Source: the human T2T-CHM13v2.0 reference genome, Homo sapiens. From it: a DNA stretch of 64,000 nt. Positions 1-18,320 of the stretch are shown piece after piece. Numbering within the stretch: position 1 is the stretch's first letter; every line of letters begins with the position of its first letter. Position numbers and translations under genes: made by a program. The stretch is from the NCBI RefSeq assembly GCF_009914755.1, contig NC_060938.1; one strand, given 5' to 3'. Below the pieces are notes generated by a model. It had not been told where the DNA came from, did no database searches, and was given only the letters and a program-made list of their open reading frames with translations.

Positions 1-78
1 CATCTGGCATTGTTCAATCAAGATGTTAGCTGGGACAGAAGACATAAGTCAGAACGCTGGAAGAAACTGGGTCCCAAT
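1..78 (+). pseudogene. NDUFA4 (COXFA4)-like retrocopy fragment; runs off the left edge and is truncated at its 3' end
   Basis: Frame 1 translates [26 protein letters not shown], matching the NDUFA4 segment RLALFNPDV(C/S)WDR(K)NNPEPWNKLGPN as I recall it. Similarity stops abruptly after CCCAAT. Confidence 0.8.
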
Positions 79-384
79 ATTATAATAATCAATAAAGACA
101 AAATATATTTATAGTTTATTTTATTTGTATTTTATCAATAAAGACAAAATTATATTGCATTATAATAATCTATATACATCACTTTGATGTGTTGGGAATG
201 ACACTGATTATATCTGAAACTTGGGAGAAAAAAAAAACTTTTCCCAGGAATAACCTTGGACATGTGCAAAGAGTTACTTACTGAAATGTACATTACAAGA
301 TTAATTTTAAAAGCTTAAAAGGCAAACAGTCTAGATATCCAACAGTAAAGTAACTGACTTTTTGTTTGTTTGTTTTGTTTTGCT

Positions 385-520
385 TTTTTGAGAAAGGGTC
401 TCACTCTGTCACTCAGGCTGGAGTGCAGTGGCACCATCCTGGCTCACTGACCTCAAGCGATCCACCTGCCTTGGCCTCCCAAAGTGCTGGGATTACAGGC
501 ATGAGCCACCACACCCAGCC
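385..520 (-). mobile_element. Alu with an internal deletion (right-arm end fused to left-arm start)
   Basis: GGCTCACTG runs directly into ACCTCAAGCGATCC; T-rich tail at 360-390. Confidence 0.8.
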
Positions 521-559
521 TGTAGTATATTTTTAAGTGAAAAGCATACTGCATTCAAT

Positions 560-1680
560 TTTTAAATTGGCAAATGACTTGAATAGACATTTCTCCAAAG
601 AAGATATACAAATTGCCAACAAGGACATGGTAATGATGTTGAGTAGGGAATGGAATTCAAAACTACAGTGAGATACCACTTCACCACTTCACATCCACTA
701 GAAGAGCTATTTAAAAATGGAAAATAGGCCAGCATGGTGGCTCACGCATTTAATACCAACACTTTGGGAGGCCAAGGTGAGAGGACTGCTTGAGCCTAGG
801 AGTTCAAAACCAGCCTGGGTAACATGGTGAGACCTCCATCTCTATAAAAATGTATTTAAAATTAGCTGGGCATGGTGGCATGTGCCTGTAGTCCCAGCTA
901 CTCAGGAGGCTGAGGTTGGAGGAGCCCTTGAGCCTGGGAGGTCAAGGCTGCAATGAACCATGATCACACCACTGCACTCCAGCCTGGGCAACAGAGATCC
1001 CGTCTCAATAAAAAAGGAAAATAACAAGTATTGACAAGGATGTGGAGAAATTGGCACTCTCATATATTGCTGGTAGAAATGTAGAATGCTGCAATCACTG
1101 TGGAAAATAGTTTGGTGGCTCTTCAATAGGTTAAGCACAGAATTACCATATGACCAGCAATTCCATTCATGGGTATATATCAAATGGGTGCTCAATTGCA
1201 TATGAATGTTCATAGCAGCACTATTCACAATAGCAAAGAGTGGAAACGACTCAAATATCCATCAACTGATGAATGGATCAGCAAAATGTGATATATATCC
1301 ATATGATGAAATGACATATTTATTATTTAACCATGCTACAGCATATAGGAACCTATATAATATTATGCTCAGTGCAAAAAGCAGACACAAAAAGCCACAT
1401 ATTGTATGATTTCATTTATATGAAATATCCAAAATAGACAAATCCATGGAAATGGAAGAGCCTATTAGGGTTAGCAGGAGCTGGGGAAAGGAGAGAGTGG
1501 GGAATGAATGCTTGCAATGGTTATGGAATTTTAAAATGATGAAGATTTTATTGAACTACTGTAGATGATGGTGATGTTGCACAACACCGTGAATGTACTA
1601 AATGCCACACTGAATAGTGCACTTTAAAATGATAAAATGGTGGATTTTATATCATGTGAATTTTATCACAGGAAAAAAAA
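560..1680 (+). mobile_element. Old L1 (L1MB-like) 3' end, interrupted by AluJ at about 727-1015
   Basis: L1 ORF2 C-terminal relic (MFIAALFTIAK in ORF 1206-1409), L1M 3' UTR and A tail. Confidence 0.8.
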
Positions 1681-1689
1681 AGCATCTTA

Positions 1690-4235
<2,546 letters not shown>

Positions 4236-4254
4236 GAGGAATATCTTTCAAAAA

Positions 4255-4493
4255 GGGAAGAGAATGAGGACACCACAAAATTATATTAGAAGATACAGAC
4301 TAAAAGTTGCTTTTGCAATAAAGTTGCTTTTGCAACACACAGAGCCAGAGAGTTTAAAAATAACTCAGAAAAGGAGTAAGAGAACTGTTGTCCAAATTTG
4401 TGGCCTCTGATTCTGGCTGGCCACTGGGTTGCAGGACTAATGGGCTGCAAGTGTGGTTTGTGTTCACGAAAACGCCTTCGGAAAGGGTCTGGG
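4255..4493 (+). pseudogene. Candidate relic exon A, START-domain N-terminal part
   Basis: 4364-4493 reads LRKGVRELLSKFVASDSGWPLGCRTNGLQVWFVFTKTPSERVW and ends at GG|GTAATA. It resembles StAR [35 protein letters not shown] (recalled). The upstream part is broken by a tandem duplication at 4303-4335 and a frameshift. The 5' boundary is uncertain. Confidence 0.55.
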
Positions 4494-4559
4494 GTAATAA
4501 TAGTTATGCACAATCATGTAGTATCTATAATGATAATAATAAAGATACTCATATTGTTA

Positions 4560-4840
4560 ATAACAATACTTACATAGACCTTTGTCATGCTTAGTATTAA
4601 CATATATTTGGCACTGTCCTAAGCATTTTAGTGTTTTAATTCATTTAGTCCTCACAGTACCCCTAAGAAGCAAGCACTGTTATGATCTCTGTTTTACACA
4701 TAAGAAAAATGAAGCACAGGAAGGCTGAGTAATGTCTCAGATTACTAATGTCACATAACTAGTAAGCGACAGAGCCAATTTGTAACCAGGTGATTTTACT
4801 CTGGAATTCATGCTCTTAACCACTATATTTTATACTGCCT
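4560..4840 (-). mobile_element. MIR
   Basis: MIR core: TCATTTAGTCCTCACAG...TTTTACACATAAGAAAAATGAAGCACAG...CTCTTAACCACTAT. Confidence 0.75.
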
Positions 4841-4863
4841 CTGCAGCCAAAATATCCCCTCAG

Positions 4864-5495
<632 letters not shown>

Positions 5496-5549
5496 CCTAA
5501 GGTAAAGGCAATATGGTTTCTCAAGAGATAATCTATACCAATTGCCAGA

Positions 5550-5820
5550 ATTCATCCATTCATTCAGTCAGTCAGTCAATATATAACTATCAAGCACTAC
5601 ATTCTAGGCACTGTGCTAAGTGTGGGGATTACAGTGGTGAGAAAGAGTGGTATGGTCCCTAGACTTATATAGTTTAGTGCAATGGTCCTAAAACATTAGA
5701 GTGCAGAGGAATCACTTGGTAAGTTAATTAGAAATGCAAATTCTGGAGCTCCAGCCCAGAGATGTTGAGATCTTTAGTTGATCCTGAAGCAAAAGAACCT
5801 ACATTGAAAAACATTGTTCT
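5550..5820. mobile_element. L2 3' fragment followed by MER5A-like element (about 5679-5820)
   Basis: CATTCATTCAGTC...AGCACTAC...AGGCACTGTGCTAAG is an L2 tail; GAATCACTTGG...AAATGCAAATTCTGG is MER5-like. Confidence 0.65.
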
Positions 5821-5918
5821 AGTGGTTGTTTAGCCTGAAGAGAAAACCTGGTGAAATGAAAATGATCACCATATATAAAGACCTATGTGACTCCAGAGAG
5901 CAGAATAGCTACCAATAG

Positions 5919-6122
5919 GTAGAACCTAACCTGAAGAGAGGTTTCTATCCAATATTAGGAATGGTCACTCAGCTGAGGCAGTGGGCTCCCAACCGACTGC
6001 AAATTTTGAGTCCACTAGAGAGCCATCCCAAAGACATTGTCATAAGGATTCCCACATTGGAAGTGACATTTTTCCATATGACTTCTAAGCATAAGGGAAT
6101 TATAACAAGAATCAAGAGGGAT
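5919..6122 (+). pseudogene. Candidate relic exon B, START-domain middle part
   Basis: 68 open codons: VEPNLKRGFYPILGMVTQLRQWAPNRLQILSPLESHPKDIVIRIPTLEVTFFHMTSKHKGIITRIKRD. The first 25 aa align without gaps to StAR [25 protein letters not shown] (recalled), and KRD sits where START has PRDF. An LTR follows immediately. Confidence 0.6.
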
Positions 6123-6132
6123 TGATGAATAC

Positions 6133-6895
6133 TGTGACTTAAGAAATAAACCCTCAGAATCTCCAAAGTGATAAGTGTCTTTTGTGTTCTAAGGAGATAA
6201 CTGATGGCTGGGGGCTGGACAGCCTTAGGATAGGGGCTGGATACCGGGGAACCAACCATGTAATTAGAGGGTTGGAACTTTCAGCCAGTGCTTCTGCCAC
6301 TACCATGAGGAGAGAAGAGCTGAAGTTTGTGTTGATCACCAATGGCCAATGAATCAATCATGCCTATATAATAAAGCCTTCATAAAATCCCAAAAGAACG
6401 GTGTTTGGAGTGCTTCACGGTTGCTGAACACCGAAGGGTGGGGTGCCCCCAGGGGACAAGGAGCTTCCATGCCTCTTTCCCCATACCTTGCCCTATGTAC
6501 TTCTTCATCTGGCTGTTCATCTGTATACTTTGTAATACTCTTGCCAATAAATCAGTAAACATTAAGTAAGTGTTTCCCCGATTCTGGGAGCTGCTCTAAC
6601 AAATTATCAAACCAGAGATGGGGTCAAGGGAACCTCCAATTTATAGCTAGTTGGTCAGAAATTCCAAAGATCCAGACTTGCCACTGGCATCTGAAGTCTG
6701 TGGGACTGAGCCCTTAATTTGTGAGATCTCACCCTAACCCCAGGTAGATAGTGTCAGGACTGAATTAAATTGTAAGACACCCAGTTGATGTCAAAGAATT
6801 GGTTGGTATGAGAGAGAAGCTCACATATGTTGTTCCACAAGTGTTATGTTGACAGCATAGTAGGAAAAAACAATTTGTCTTTTTCCTATTACACA
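6133..6895 (+). mobile_element. MER21-family LTR
   Basis: Characteristic ACCAACCATGTAATTAGAGGGTTGGAACTTTCAGCC and GGTAGATAGTGTCAGGACTGAATTAAATTGTAAGACACCCAG. Confidence 0.75.
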
Positions 6896-7240
6896 AAAGA
6901 TGTAACTGATTTAATGCACTGTTTAAACCATTCATTTTCCCCAACAAACTGTGTCAAATCAAATGATAACACAAATTCTAAAGTGAACACATAGGCTAGA
7001 ACAGGCTATAAGAGCTGGCCAAAGTTCAAGGACTTTGAGGGTGAGAGAATGAGGACTTTGAAAATGAGAAAAAAGTGGAACAGCTTCCCAGACTTTCCCA
7101 TGTTACTCATGGAATGGCACCTAAAGTTCAGTGACTTCATTAGTAAGGGCAGAGAACAGCAGATCTTTCTTCTTTTGGGGACCTCGGGAGAGAGTGTTTA
7201 TCAGACTTAGTCACTACAACTAACAACACCTGCATTCTAG

Positions 7241-7490
7241 GTTCATATATTGTTTCTGTGCCATAGAAATTCAACGTACTTATGAAACACATACGAAGCA
7301 TCTTATATAACTTGGCTAGTTCTCAGTTTTGTTTCTTGCTGAGCTATTCGGCCTAGTCAAGATTTCAGTACAGCAAATTTAGCCATGGCCTACATACTTT
7401 AGGGGGTCTACACGCATGAACATTAACCCTTGGAAGCAAACACTATTATCTCCATTTTAGCAATGACTATAATTAATTTTATAAGTCACT
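7241..7490 (+). pseudogene. Candidate relic exon C, START-domain C-terminal part
   Basis: CTAAC branch-like site (7220) and TGCATTCTAG| acceptor. Reads VHILFLCHRNSTYL*NTYEASYITWLVLSFVSC*AIRPSQDFSTANLAMAYIL*GVYTHEH*PLEANTIISILAMTIINFISH with 4 stops and no frameshift. Resembles StAR CMVLHP...KLTWLL...[21 protein letters not shown] (recalled). Confidence 0.5.
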
Positions 7491-7790
7491 TTATATTTCA
7501 CTGGGAAAATAGAAGAATCCAACTGAAAACTGATTCATCTTCCCTTACCAAAGCTATCAAACTACTTGGATCTGTAGCCTGCCTACCTTCTCACCTATTA
7601 CAGTAGATAAATTTTTCTCACTACTATCAAAGACCAATCCCCCCATCTGTATACTAAACTCCAATCTCTCTTCTTTATTCACAGATTTTGCTCCTCTGAT
7701 TATACCCTCTCTGTTCTGCATCATCAAGCTCTTCCTCTGTAGGATTATTCCTATTATTCTAAAAATATGTTATAGTATCTCCCATCTTTA
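7490..7790. mobile_element. L2 fragment
   Basis: TTTCACTGGGAAAATAGAAG and CCAATCCCCCCATCTGTATACTA are L2 ORF2-like. Confidence 0.6.
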
Positions 7791-8184
7791 TAAAAAGGTT
7801 GTTTTAGCTGAAGGATTTCATCACCACCAGATGTGTCTTACAACAAATGCTAAAAAGAGTTATTTAAGCTGAAAGAAAAGGATGCAAATTAGTAACACAA
7901 AAACATATTAAAGTATAAAACTCACTGATAAAAGTAAGTACAGAGTCAAATTCATAATACTCTAATACTGTAATTTTGGTATATAAGTCACTTATATCTT
8001 TAGTATGAAGGCTAAAAGACAAAACTATTAAAAACAATAATAGCTGATTAATTCATTAAGGGATATTCAATATAAAAAGATGTAAATTGTGGCCGGGCAT
8101 GGTGGCTCACGCCTGTAATCCCAGCACTTTGGGAGGCCAAGGAGGGTGGATCACGAGGTCAGGAGATCGAGACCATCCTGGCTA

Positions 8185-8448
<264 letters not shown>

Positions 8449-9379
8449 TTATTTTTGTAATCAAGGTTAAGTTATTATCAGCTTAAAATAGCCTGTTATA
8501 ACTATTAGGTATTTTTATAAGCCTCATGGTAACCACAAGGCAAAAACCTATAGTAGATACACACACAAAATAAAGAGTAAAAAATCAAAACATACCACTA
8601 CAGAAATCTCTTAAACACAAAGGAAAATAGCAAAAGTGGAAGAAAGGAACAAACTATCTACAAACAACCAGAAAACAATTGGCAAAATGGCAGTTAAGTC
8701 CTAGTCTATCAATTATTACCCTGAATGTAAATGTAGTAAATTATCCAATCAAAAGACATACAGTGTGGGTGAATGGATTTTTTTTTAAAAAGACCCAATT
8801 ATATGCTGCCTACAAGAGACTCACTTCACCTGTAAGAAGACATATAAACTGAAAGTGAAGGGATGGAAAAAGACATTTTATGCAAGTGGAAACAAAAGAG
8901 AGCAGGAGTAGCTGTGATTATATCAGATAAAACAGACTTTAAATCAAAACTATAAAAAGAAGCCAGGCACAGTGGCAACCCCTGTAATACCAGCATTTTG
9001 GGAGACCAAGGCAGGTGGATCACCTGAGGTCAGGGATTCAAGACCAGCCTGGCCAACATGGTGAAACCCCATCTCTACTAAAAATACAAAAATTAGCTGG
9101 GCATAGTGATGGGCACCTGCAATCCCAGCTACTCAGGAGGCTGAGGCATAAGAATCACTTGAACTCAGGAGGTGGAGCATGCAGTGAGCTGAGATCATGC
9201 CACTGCACTCCAGCCTGGGTGGCAAGAGGGAAACTCCATCTAAAAAAAAAAAAAAAAACAAAACAAACTATAAAAAGAGACAAAGAAGGTCATTCTGTAG
9301 TGAAACAAGTCAATTCAATATTCAGTAAGAGGGTACAACAATTGTAAATGTATATTCACCCAACATCAAAGCTCCTAAA

Positions 9380-9723
9380 CAGGGGTCCTCAACCCCTGGG
9401 CCACAGACCAGTACCAGTCGGTGGCCTGTTAGGAACTGGGCCACACAACAGGAGATAAGCAGCAGGTGAGCAAGCATTACTGCCTGAGCTCCACCCCCTG
9501 TCAGATCAGCAGTGGCATTAGGTTCTCATAGGAGTGCGAACCCTATTGTGAACCCTGCATGTGAGGCATCTAGGTTGCGCACTCCTTATGAGAGTCGAAT
9601 GCCTGATGATGATCTGAGATGGAACACTTTTATCCCAAAACCATCTGTCCTCCCGCTACCCACCCATGGAAAAATTGTCCTCCACGAAATCAGTCCCTGG
9701 TGCCAAGAAGGTTGAGACTGCTG
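9380..9723 (+). mobile_element. MER1B (hAT-Charlie)
   Basis: CAGGGGTCCTCAACCCC start; 8-bp TSD CTCCTAAA at 9372-9379 and 9724-9731. Confidence 0.85.
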
Positions 9724-10762
9724 CTCCTAAATATATAAAGCAAATATGGATAGATCTGAAGGGAAAAATAGACTATGATACAATAGTAATAGAAGATTTC
9801 AATATCCCACTTGAAGCAATGGAGAGATCATTCAGACAGAAAATCAATAAGGAAACATTGGACTTAAACTACACTCTGGACCAAATAAACTTAACAGATA
9901 TATACAGATTTGACATACATTCAACAATGGCAGAATACACATTCTTCTCAAGTGCACGTAGAACATTCTTCAGGATAAATCAAATGTTAAACCACAAACA
10001 CTAAGTCTTAACAAATTTATGAAGATTGAAATTATCTCAAGTGTCTTTTCTGCCTACAACGGTATAAAACTAGAAATCAGTAACAAGAGAAACTTCAGAA
10101 AATTCACAAATACATGGAAATTAAATATTATGTTCCTAGAAAACTAATGGGTCAATGAGGAAATTAAAAGGGAATTTAAGAGGCCAGGCACAGTGGCTCA
10201 CACTGGTAATCCCAGCACCTTGGAAAGCCAAGGCAGGAGGATTGCTTGAGCATAGGAGTTTGAGACCAGCTTGGGCAACACAGCAAGACCCCAATGTCTA
10301 AAAAGTCGGGGGTGGGGTGGATTAAAAACATCTTGAGACAAATGAAAATGGAAACATAACATATCAAAATTTATGAGATGCATTAGCTGTTTGTGGTGGT
10401 GCACACCTGTAGTCTCAGCTACACAGGAGGCTGAGGCAGGAGAATAACTTGAACCCAGGAGTTGGAGCCTGCAGTGAGCTATGATCACACCACTGGACTC
10501 CATCCTAGGTGAAAGAGTGCGATCCTGTCTCTCTAAAAAACAAAAACAAAAATTTACAAGATGAGCAGCAGAGGTCAATAGCAATAAATGCCTAAAAAGA
10601 AGAAAGATCTCAAATAAACAATCTAATATCTCATTGCATTTCAAGAGACTAGAAGAACAAGAACAAACTAAGCTCAAATTTAGTAGAAGAAAGAAAATAA
10701 TAAAAATATGAGTGGAAATAAATGAAATAAGAGACTATACAAACAAAAAATATTAACAAAAC

Positions 10763-11110
10763 ATATTAGTCCATTTTCACACTGCTGATAAGATACCCAA
10801 AAATGGGCAATTTACAAAAGAAAGAGGTTTAATGGACTTACAGTTCCACATGGCTGGGGAAGTCTCACAATCACGGTGGAAGGCAAGGAGGAGCAAGTCA
10901 CGTCTTACATAATGAAAGCAGGCAAACAGAGAGCTTGTGCAGGGAAACTCTGCCTTATAGAGCCATCAGATCTTGTGAGGCTTATTCACTATTACAAGAA
11001 CAGCACAGGAAAGACCTGCCCCCATGATTCAATTACTTCCCACCGGATCCCTCCTACAACATGTAGGAATTCAAGATGAGATTTGGGTGGGGACACAGCC
11101 AAACCATATC
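10763..11110 (-). mobile_element. THE1 solo LTR (MaLR)
   Basis: ATTAGTCCATTTTCACACTGCTGATAA...GAGATTTGGGTGGGGACACAGCCAAACCATATCA. Confidence 0.85.
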
Positions 11111-11323
11111 ACAAAATGAAGAGTTTGTTTTTTAAAAAGATTTCAAAATCAATAAACCTTCAGCTAGATTAAGAAAAAAAGAGAAGATTCAAATAAATAA
11201 AATCAGGCCTGTCACAGTGGTTCACATCTGTAATCCCAGAACTTCGGGAAGCTGAGGTAGGAGGATCACTTGAGGCCAGGAGTTCAAGACCAGCCTGGGG
11301 AAAAAAGCAAGACCCTGTTTCTA

Positions 11324-11566
<243 letters not shown>

Positions 11567-11957
11567 CTACTATAAGCAATTATATGTAAAACAATTGGAT
11601 AACCTAGAACAAATGGATAATTCATAGACACATATAATCTACCAAGATTGAAGCTTGAAGAAACAGAAAATCTGAAGAGACAAATAACAAGTAAGAAGAT
11701 TAATAATAATAATAATAAATCTTCCATCGAAAAGCCCAGGACCTGATGGTTCACTGCTGAATTCTACCAATAATTTAAAGAACTAATACCAATCTTTCTC
11801 AAACTCTTTCAAAAAAATTGAAGAGGAAGGAATACTTTCAAACTCATTTTATGAGGCCAGCATTACCCTGATACCAAAGTCAGATAAGGACATTACAAAA
11901 AAAGAAAACTACAGGCTGATATTCCTGATAAACATAGATGCAAAAATCCTCAGTAAA

Positions 11958-12378
11958 GGTTCTCACTTATCTGTGGAAGCTAAGAATTAAAACAATTGAA
12001 CTCATGGACATGGAGATAGAGAGTAGAAGAATGGTTACCAGAGGCTGAGAAGGGTAGTCAGGGTGAGGGGAGGGGGATGGTTAATGGGTACAAAAAATAG
12101 TTAGAAAGAATAAATAAGACCTAGTATTTGCTAGGTAAATAAGACCTAGTATTTGCTAGGTAAAAACAGAGTAAAAGATTATCTAATTGTACATTTAAAA
12201 AAAACTAAAAGAATGTAATTGGATTGCTTGAAACACAAAGGATAAATGCTTGAGGTGACGGATACCCTATTTACCTTGATGTGGTTATTATGCATTACAT
12301 GCCTATATCAAAATATCTCCTGTAACCCATAAATATATATACCTACTATGTACCCACAAAAAATTTAAATTAAAAAAA
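11958..12378 (+). mobile_element. 5'-truncated younger L1 3' end nested in the host L1 ORF2
   Basis: L1MA 3' UTR with A tail, flanked by a degenerate TSD AAAAATCCTCAGTAAA / AAAAACCCTCAACAAA. Confidence 0.7.
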
Positions 12379-13273
12379 CCCTCAACAAAACACTAGCAAA
12401 CAAAATTCAACAGCCCAGAAGAAAAGATGATTCACCATGATCTAGTGGGACTTATCCCTGAGATGCAAGAAAGGTTCAAAATACACAAATTAATAAATGT
12501 GATACAACACATTAACAGACTGAAGGAGAAAAACCATATAATTATTGCAATAGATCCAAAAAAAGTATTTTACAAAATCAACATCTTTTCATAATAAAAA
12601 CTCAACAAATTAGGTATACAAGGAATGTAAGTCAACACAATAAAGACCATATACAACTAACCCACGACTAACATCATACTCAATAACATCATACTCAATA
12701 AGGAGAAGTTGAAAGTTTTTCTTCTAAGATCAGGAACAAGACAAGGAGTCCCCCTCTGGCCAGTTCTATTCAACATAGTACTAGATGTCCTAGCTAGAGC
12801 AATAAGCCAAGAGGAAAAAAACAACAAAATGCATCCAGATTGGAAAGAAAGAGGTCAAATTGTCTCTGTTTGCAGATAGCACGATCTTATATATAGAAAA
12901 TTCTAAAGATTTCACAGAAAAACTGCTGGCACTAATAGATTAATTCAGTAAAGTTGAAGTATACAAAATCAATTACAAAAATCAATAGTGTTTCTATACA
13001 CTAACAGTGAACTATCTGAAAAAGAAATCAAGAAAACAATCCCATCTGCAATAGCTACAAAAAAAAGGCCAGGTGCAGTGGCTCATGTGTGTAATTACAG
13101 CACTTTGGGAGGCTAAAGAAGGAGGATCACTTGAGCCCAGGAGTTCAAAATCAGCCTGGGTAATATGGCTAAACCCTGCCTCTACAAAAAAAAAATCAAA
13201 ACATTAGCTGGGCATAGTGGCACACGGCTGCGGTTCCAGCTACTCAGGAGGCTGAGGCAAGAGGATTGCTTCA

Positions 13274-13676
<403 letters not shown>

Positions 13677-13808
13677 TTAGGAATAAATTTAACCAAGGAG
13701 GTGAAAGATATAGATGTTGAAAACTATAAAACCTCGAGGTGGTTCACGCCTGTAATCCCAGCATTTTGGGAGGTCGAGGCAGGTGGATCACCTGAGGTCA
13801 GGAGTTCA

Positions 13809-14009
<201 letters not shown>

Positions 14010-14011
14010 TC

Positions 14012-14019
<8 letters not shown>

Positions 14020-14042
<23 letters not shown>

Positions 14043-14157
14043 GAAGGAAGGAAGGAAGGAAGGAAGGAAGGGAGGGAGGGAGGGAGGGAAGAAAGGAAGG
14101 AAGGAAGGAAGGAAGGAAGGAAGGAAGGAAGGAAGGAAGGAAAGAAAGAAAGAAAAA
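14020..14157 (+). repeat. (GA)n/(GGAA)n polypurine microsatellite derived from an Alu tail
   Basis: Seen directly. Confidence 0.95.
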
Positions 14158-14738
14158 TTGAAGAAGACAAATAAATGGGAAGATATTCATGTTCATGGAG
14201 TAGAAGAATTAATATTGTCAAAATGTCCATACTATCCAAAGAGAGCTACAGACTCAATGAAATCTCTACCAAATACCGATAACATTCTTCACAGAAACAG
14301 AAAAAAAAATCTTGAAATTTATAGGGAGCCACAAAAAAACCCCTAATAGCCAAAGCAATCTTGAGCCAAAAGAACAAAGCTGGTGGCATCACACTGCCTG
14401 ACTTCAAAATATACTACAAAGTTATAGTAATCAAAACAGCATGATAGTGGCATAAAAACAGATACATTGACCAATGGAATAGAATAGACAGCCCAGAAAT
14501 AAATCCACATATTTACAGCCAACCAATTTTCACAAAAGATGTCAAGAACACACATGGGAGGAGGACACTCTCTTCAATAAACAGTAGTGGGATAACTAGA
14601 TGTCCACATGGAGAAAAATAAAAGTAGACCCTTACCTCACACTATATACAAAAATCAACTCAAAATAAAGACTTAGGCTGGGCGTGGTGGCTCATGCCTG
14701 TAATCCCAGCACTTTGGAAGGCCAAGGCGGGCAGATCA

Positions 14739-15044
<306 letters not shown>

Positions 15045-15474
15045 CTATGACATTGCTCTGGGCAATGATTTTTTCAATATGACCCAAAAAGCACAGGCAA
15101 CAAAAGCAAAAATAGATAAATGGGATTACATCAAACTAAAAAGCTTCTGCATAGCAAAGAAAACAGTAAACAGAGTGAAGAGACAACCTACAGAATGGGA
15201 GAAAGTATTTGCAAATCACGTATCTGATAAGGGATTAATATTTAAAATATTTAGGGAACTCAGATCAACAGCAAGAAAACAAATGACCCAATTTAAAAAT
15301 AGGGCCAGGTGCAATGGCTCACGCCAGTAATCCCAACAGTTTGGGAGGCCGAGGTGGATGGATCACTTGAGGTCAGGAGTTCAAGACCAGCCTGGCCAAC
15401 ACGACAAAACTCCATATCTACTAAAAATGCAAAAATTAGCCAGGCGTGTTAGCACATGCCCATGGTCCCAGCTA

Positions 15475-15625
<151 letters not shown>

Positions 15626-15839
15626 TCAGCAGGTATATGAAAAAATGCTCAACATCATTAAGCAGTGGGGAAATGCAAATTAAAACTACAGATAGCTATC
15701 ACCTCACAACTGTTAAAGTGGCTGTTATCAAAAAGACAAAAGATAAGTGTTGGTGAGAATGTGGAGAGAAGAGAACCATTGCACACTGTTGGTAGAAATG
15801 TAAATTAGTACAGCCATTATAGAGAACAGTATGGAAGTC

Positions 15840-16207
15840 TGTATTAGTCCTTTCTCGCGCTGCTATAAAGAACTACCTGAGACTGGGTAATTTATAAAGA
15901 AAACAGGTTTAGTTGACTCACAGTTCTGCAGGCTATACAGGAAGCATGGCTGGGGAGGCCTCAGGAAACTTACAATCATGGTGGAAGGCGAAGGGGAAGC
16001 AGGCACGCTGGAGAAGAAGGAAGAGTGAAGGAGGAGCTGCTACACACTTTTAAACAACCAGATCTCATGATAACTCACTATCACAAGAACTTCGAGGGGG
16101 AAATCCACCCCCATAATCAATCACTTCCCACCAGGCCCCTCCTCCAACACTGGGGTCTACAATTCCATATGAGATTTAGGTGGGGACACAGACCCAAACC
16201 ATATCAA
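15840..16207 (-). mobile_element. MSTA-like MaLR solo LTR
   Basis: TGTATTAGTCC...AAGAACTACCTGAGACTGGGTAATTTATAAAG...CCAAACCATATCA. Confidence 0.85.
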
Positions 16208-16944
16208 GGTCCCTCAAAAAAATAAAAATATAATTACTGTATGATCCAACAATTCCACTTCTCGGTATAAATCCAAAAGAATTGAAATCAGGATATCAAA
16301 GAGATATTTGTGTGCACCTGTGTTCATAGTAGTACCACTTACATGGAAGCAAACCAAGTGCTATCCATGGATTAATGGATAAACAAAATGTGGCATATAT
16401 ATGCAATTGAATACTACTGAGCCATTAAAAAGAAGGAAATCCTGTCATTTGAGACAACATGGATGAACCCGGAGGATATGATGTTAAGTGAAATAAGCCA
16501 GGCACAGAAAGACAAATCCCACATGATCTCACTCATGTGTGGAATCTAAAAACGTTAAACTCGTAGAAGTAGAAAGTAGAATGTGGGATACCAAGGGCTA
16601 GTGTTGTGGTAGGGAGGGAGTTGGGGAGATGTTGGTCAAAGGATACAAAATTTCAGTTAGATAGGAGGAATAAGTTAAAGATATCTGTTGTACAACATGG
16701 TGACTATAGTTAATAACAATACATTGTATCCTTGAAACATTCTAAGAGAGCTGATTTCAAGTGTTCTCACCACAAAATGACAACTGTGAGGAATTCCATC
16801 TTAATTAGCTTGATTTAGCCATTCCACTATATATACAGGTTTTAAAACATCATGTTGTGTATATACAATGTTATCTGTCAATTTAAAAAAAGCAGCTTTT
16901 CTTTTTCTATCACGACACTGCCTCTTTTCTTTGCTCTCCTTCTA

Positions 16945-18320
<1,376 letters not shown>

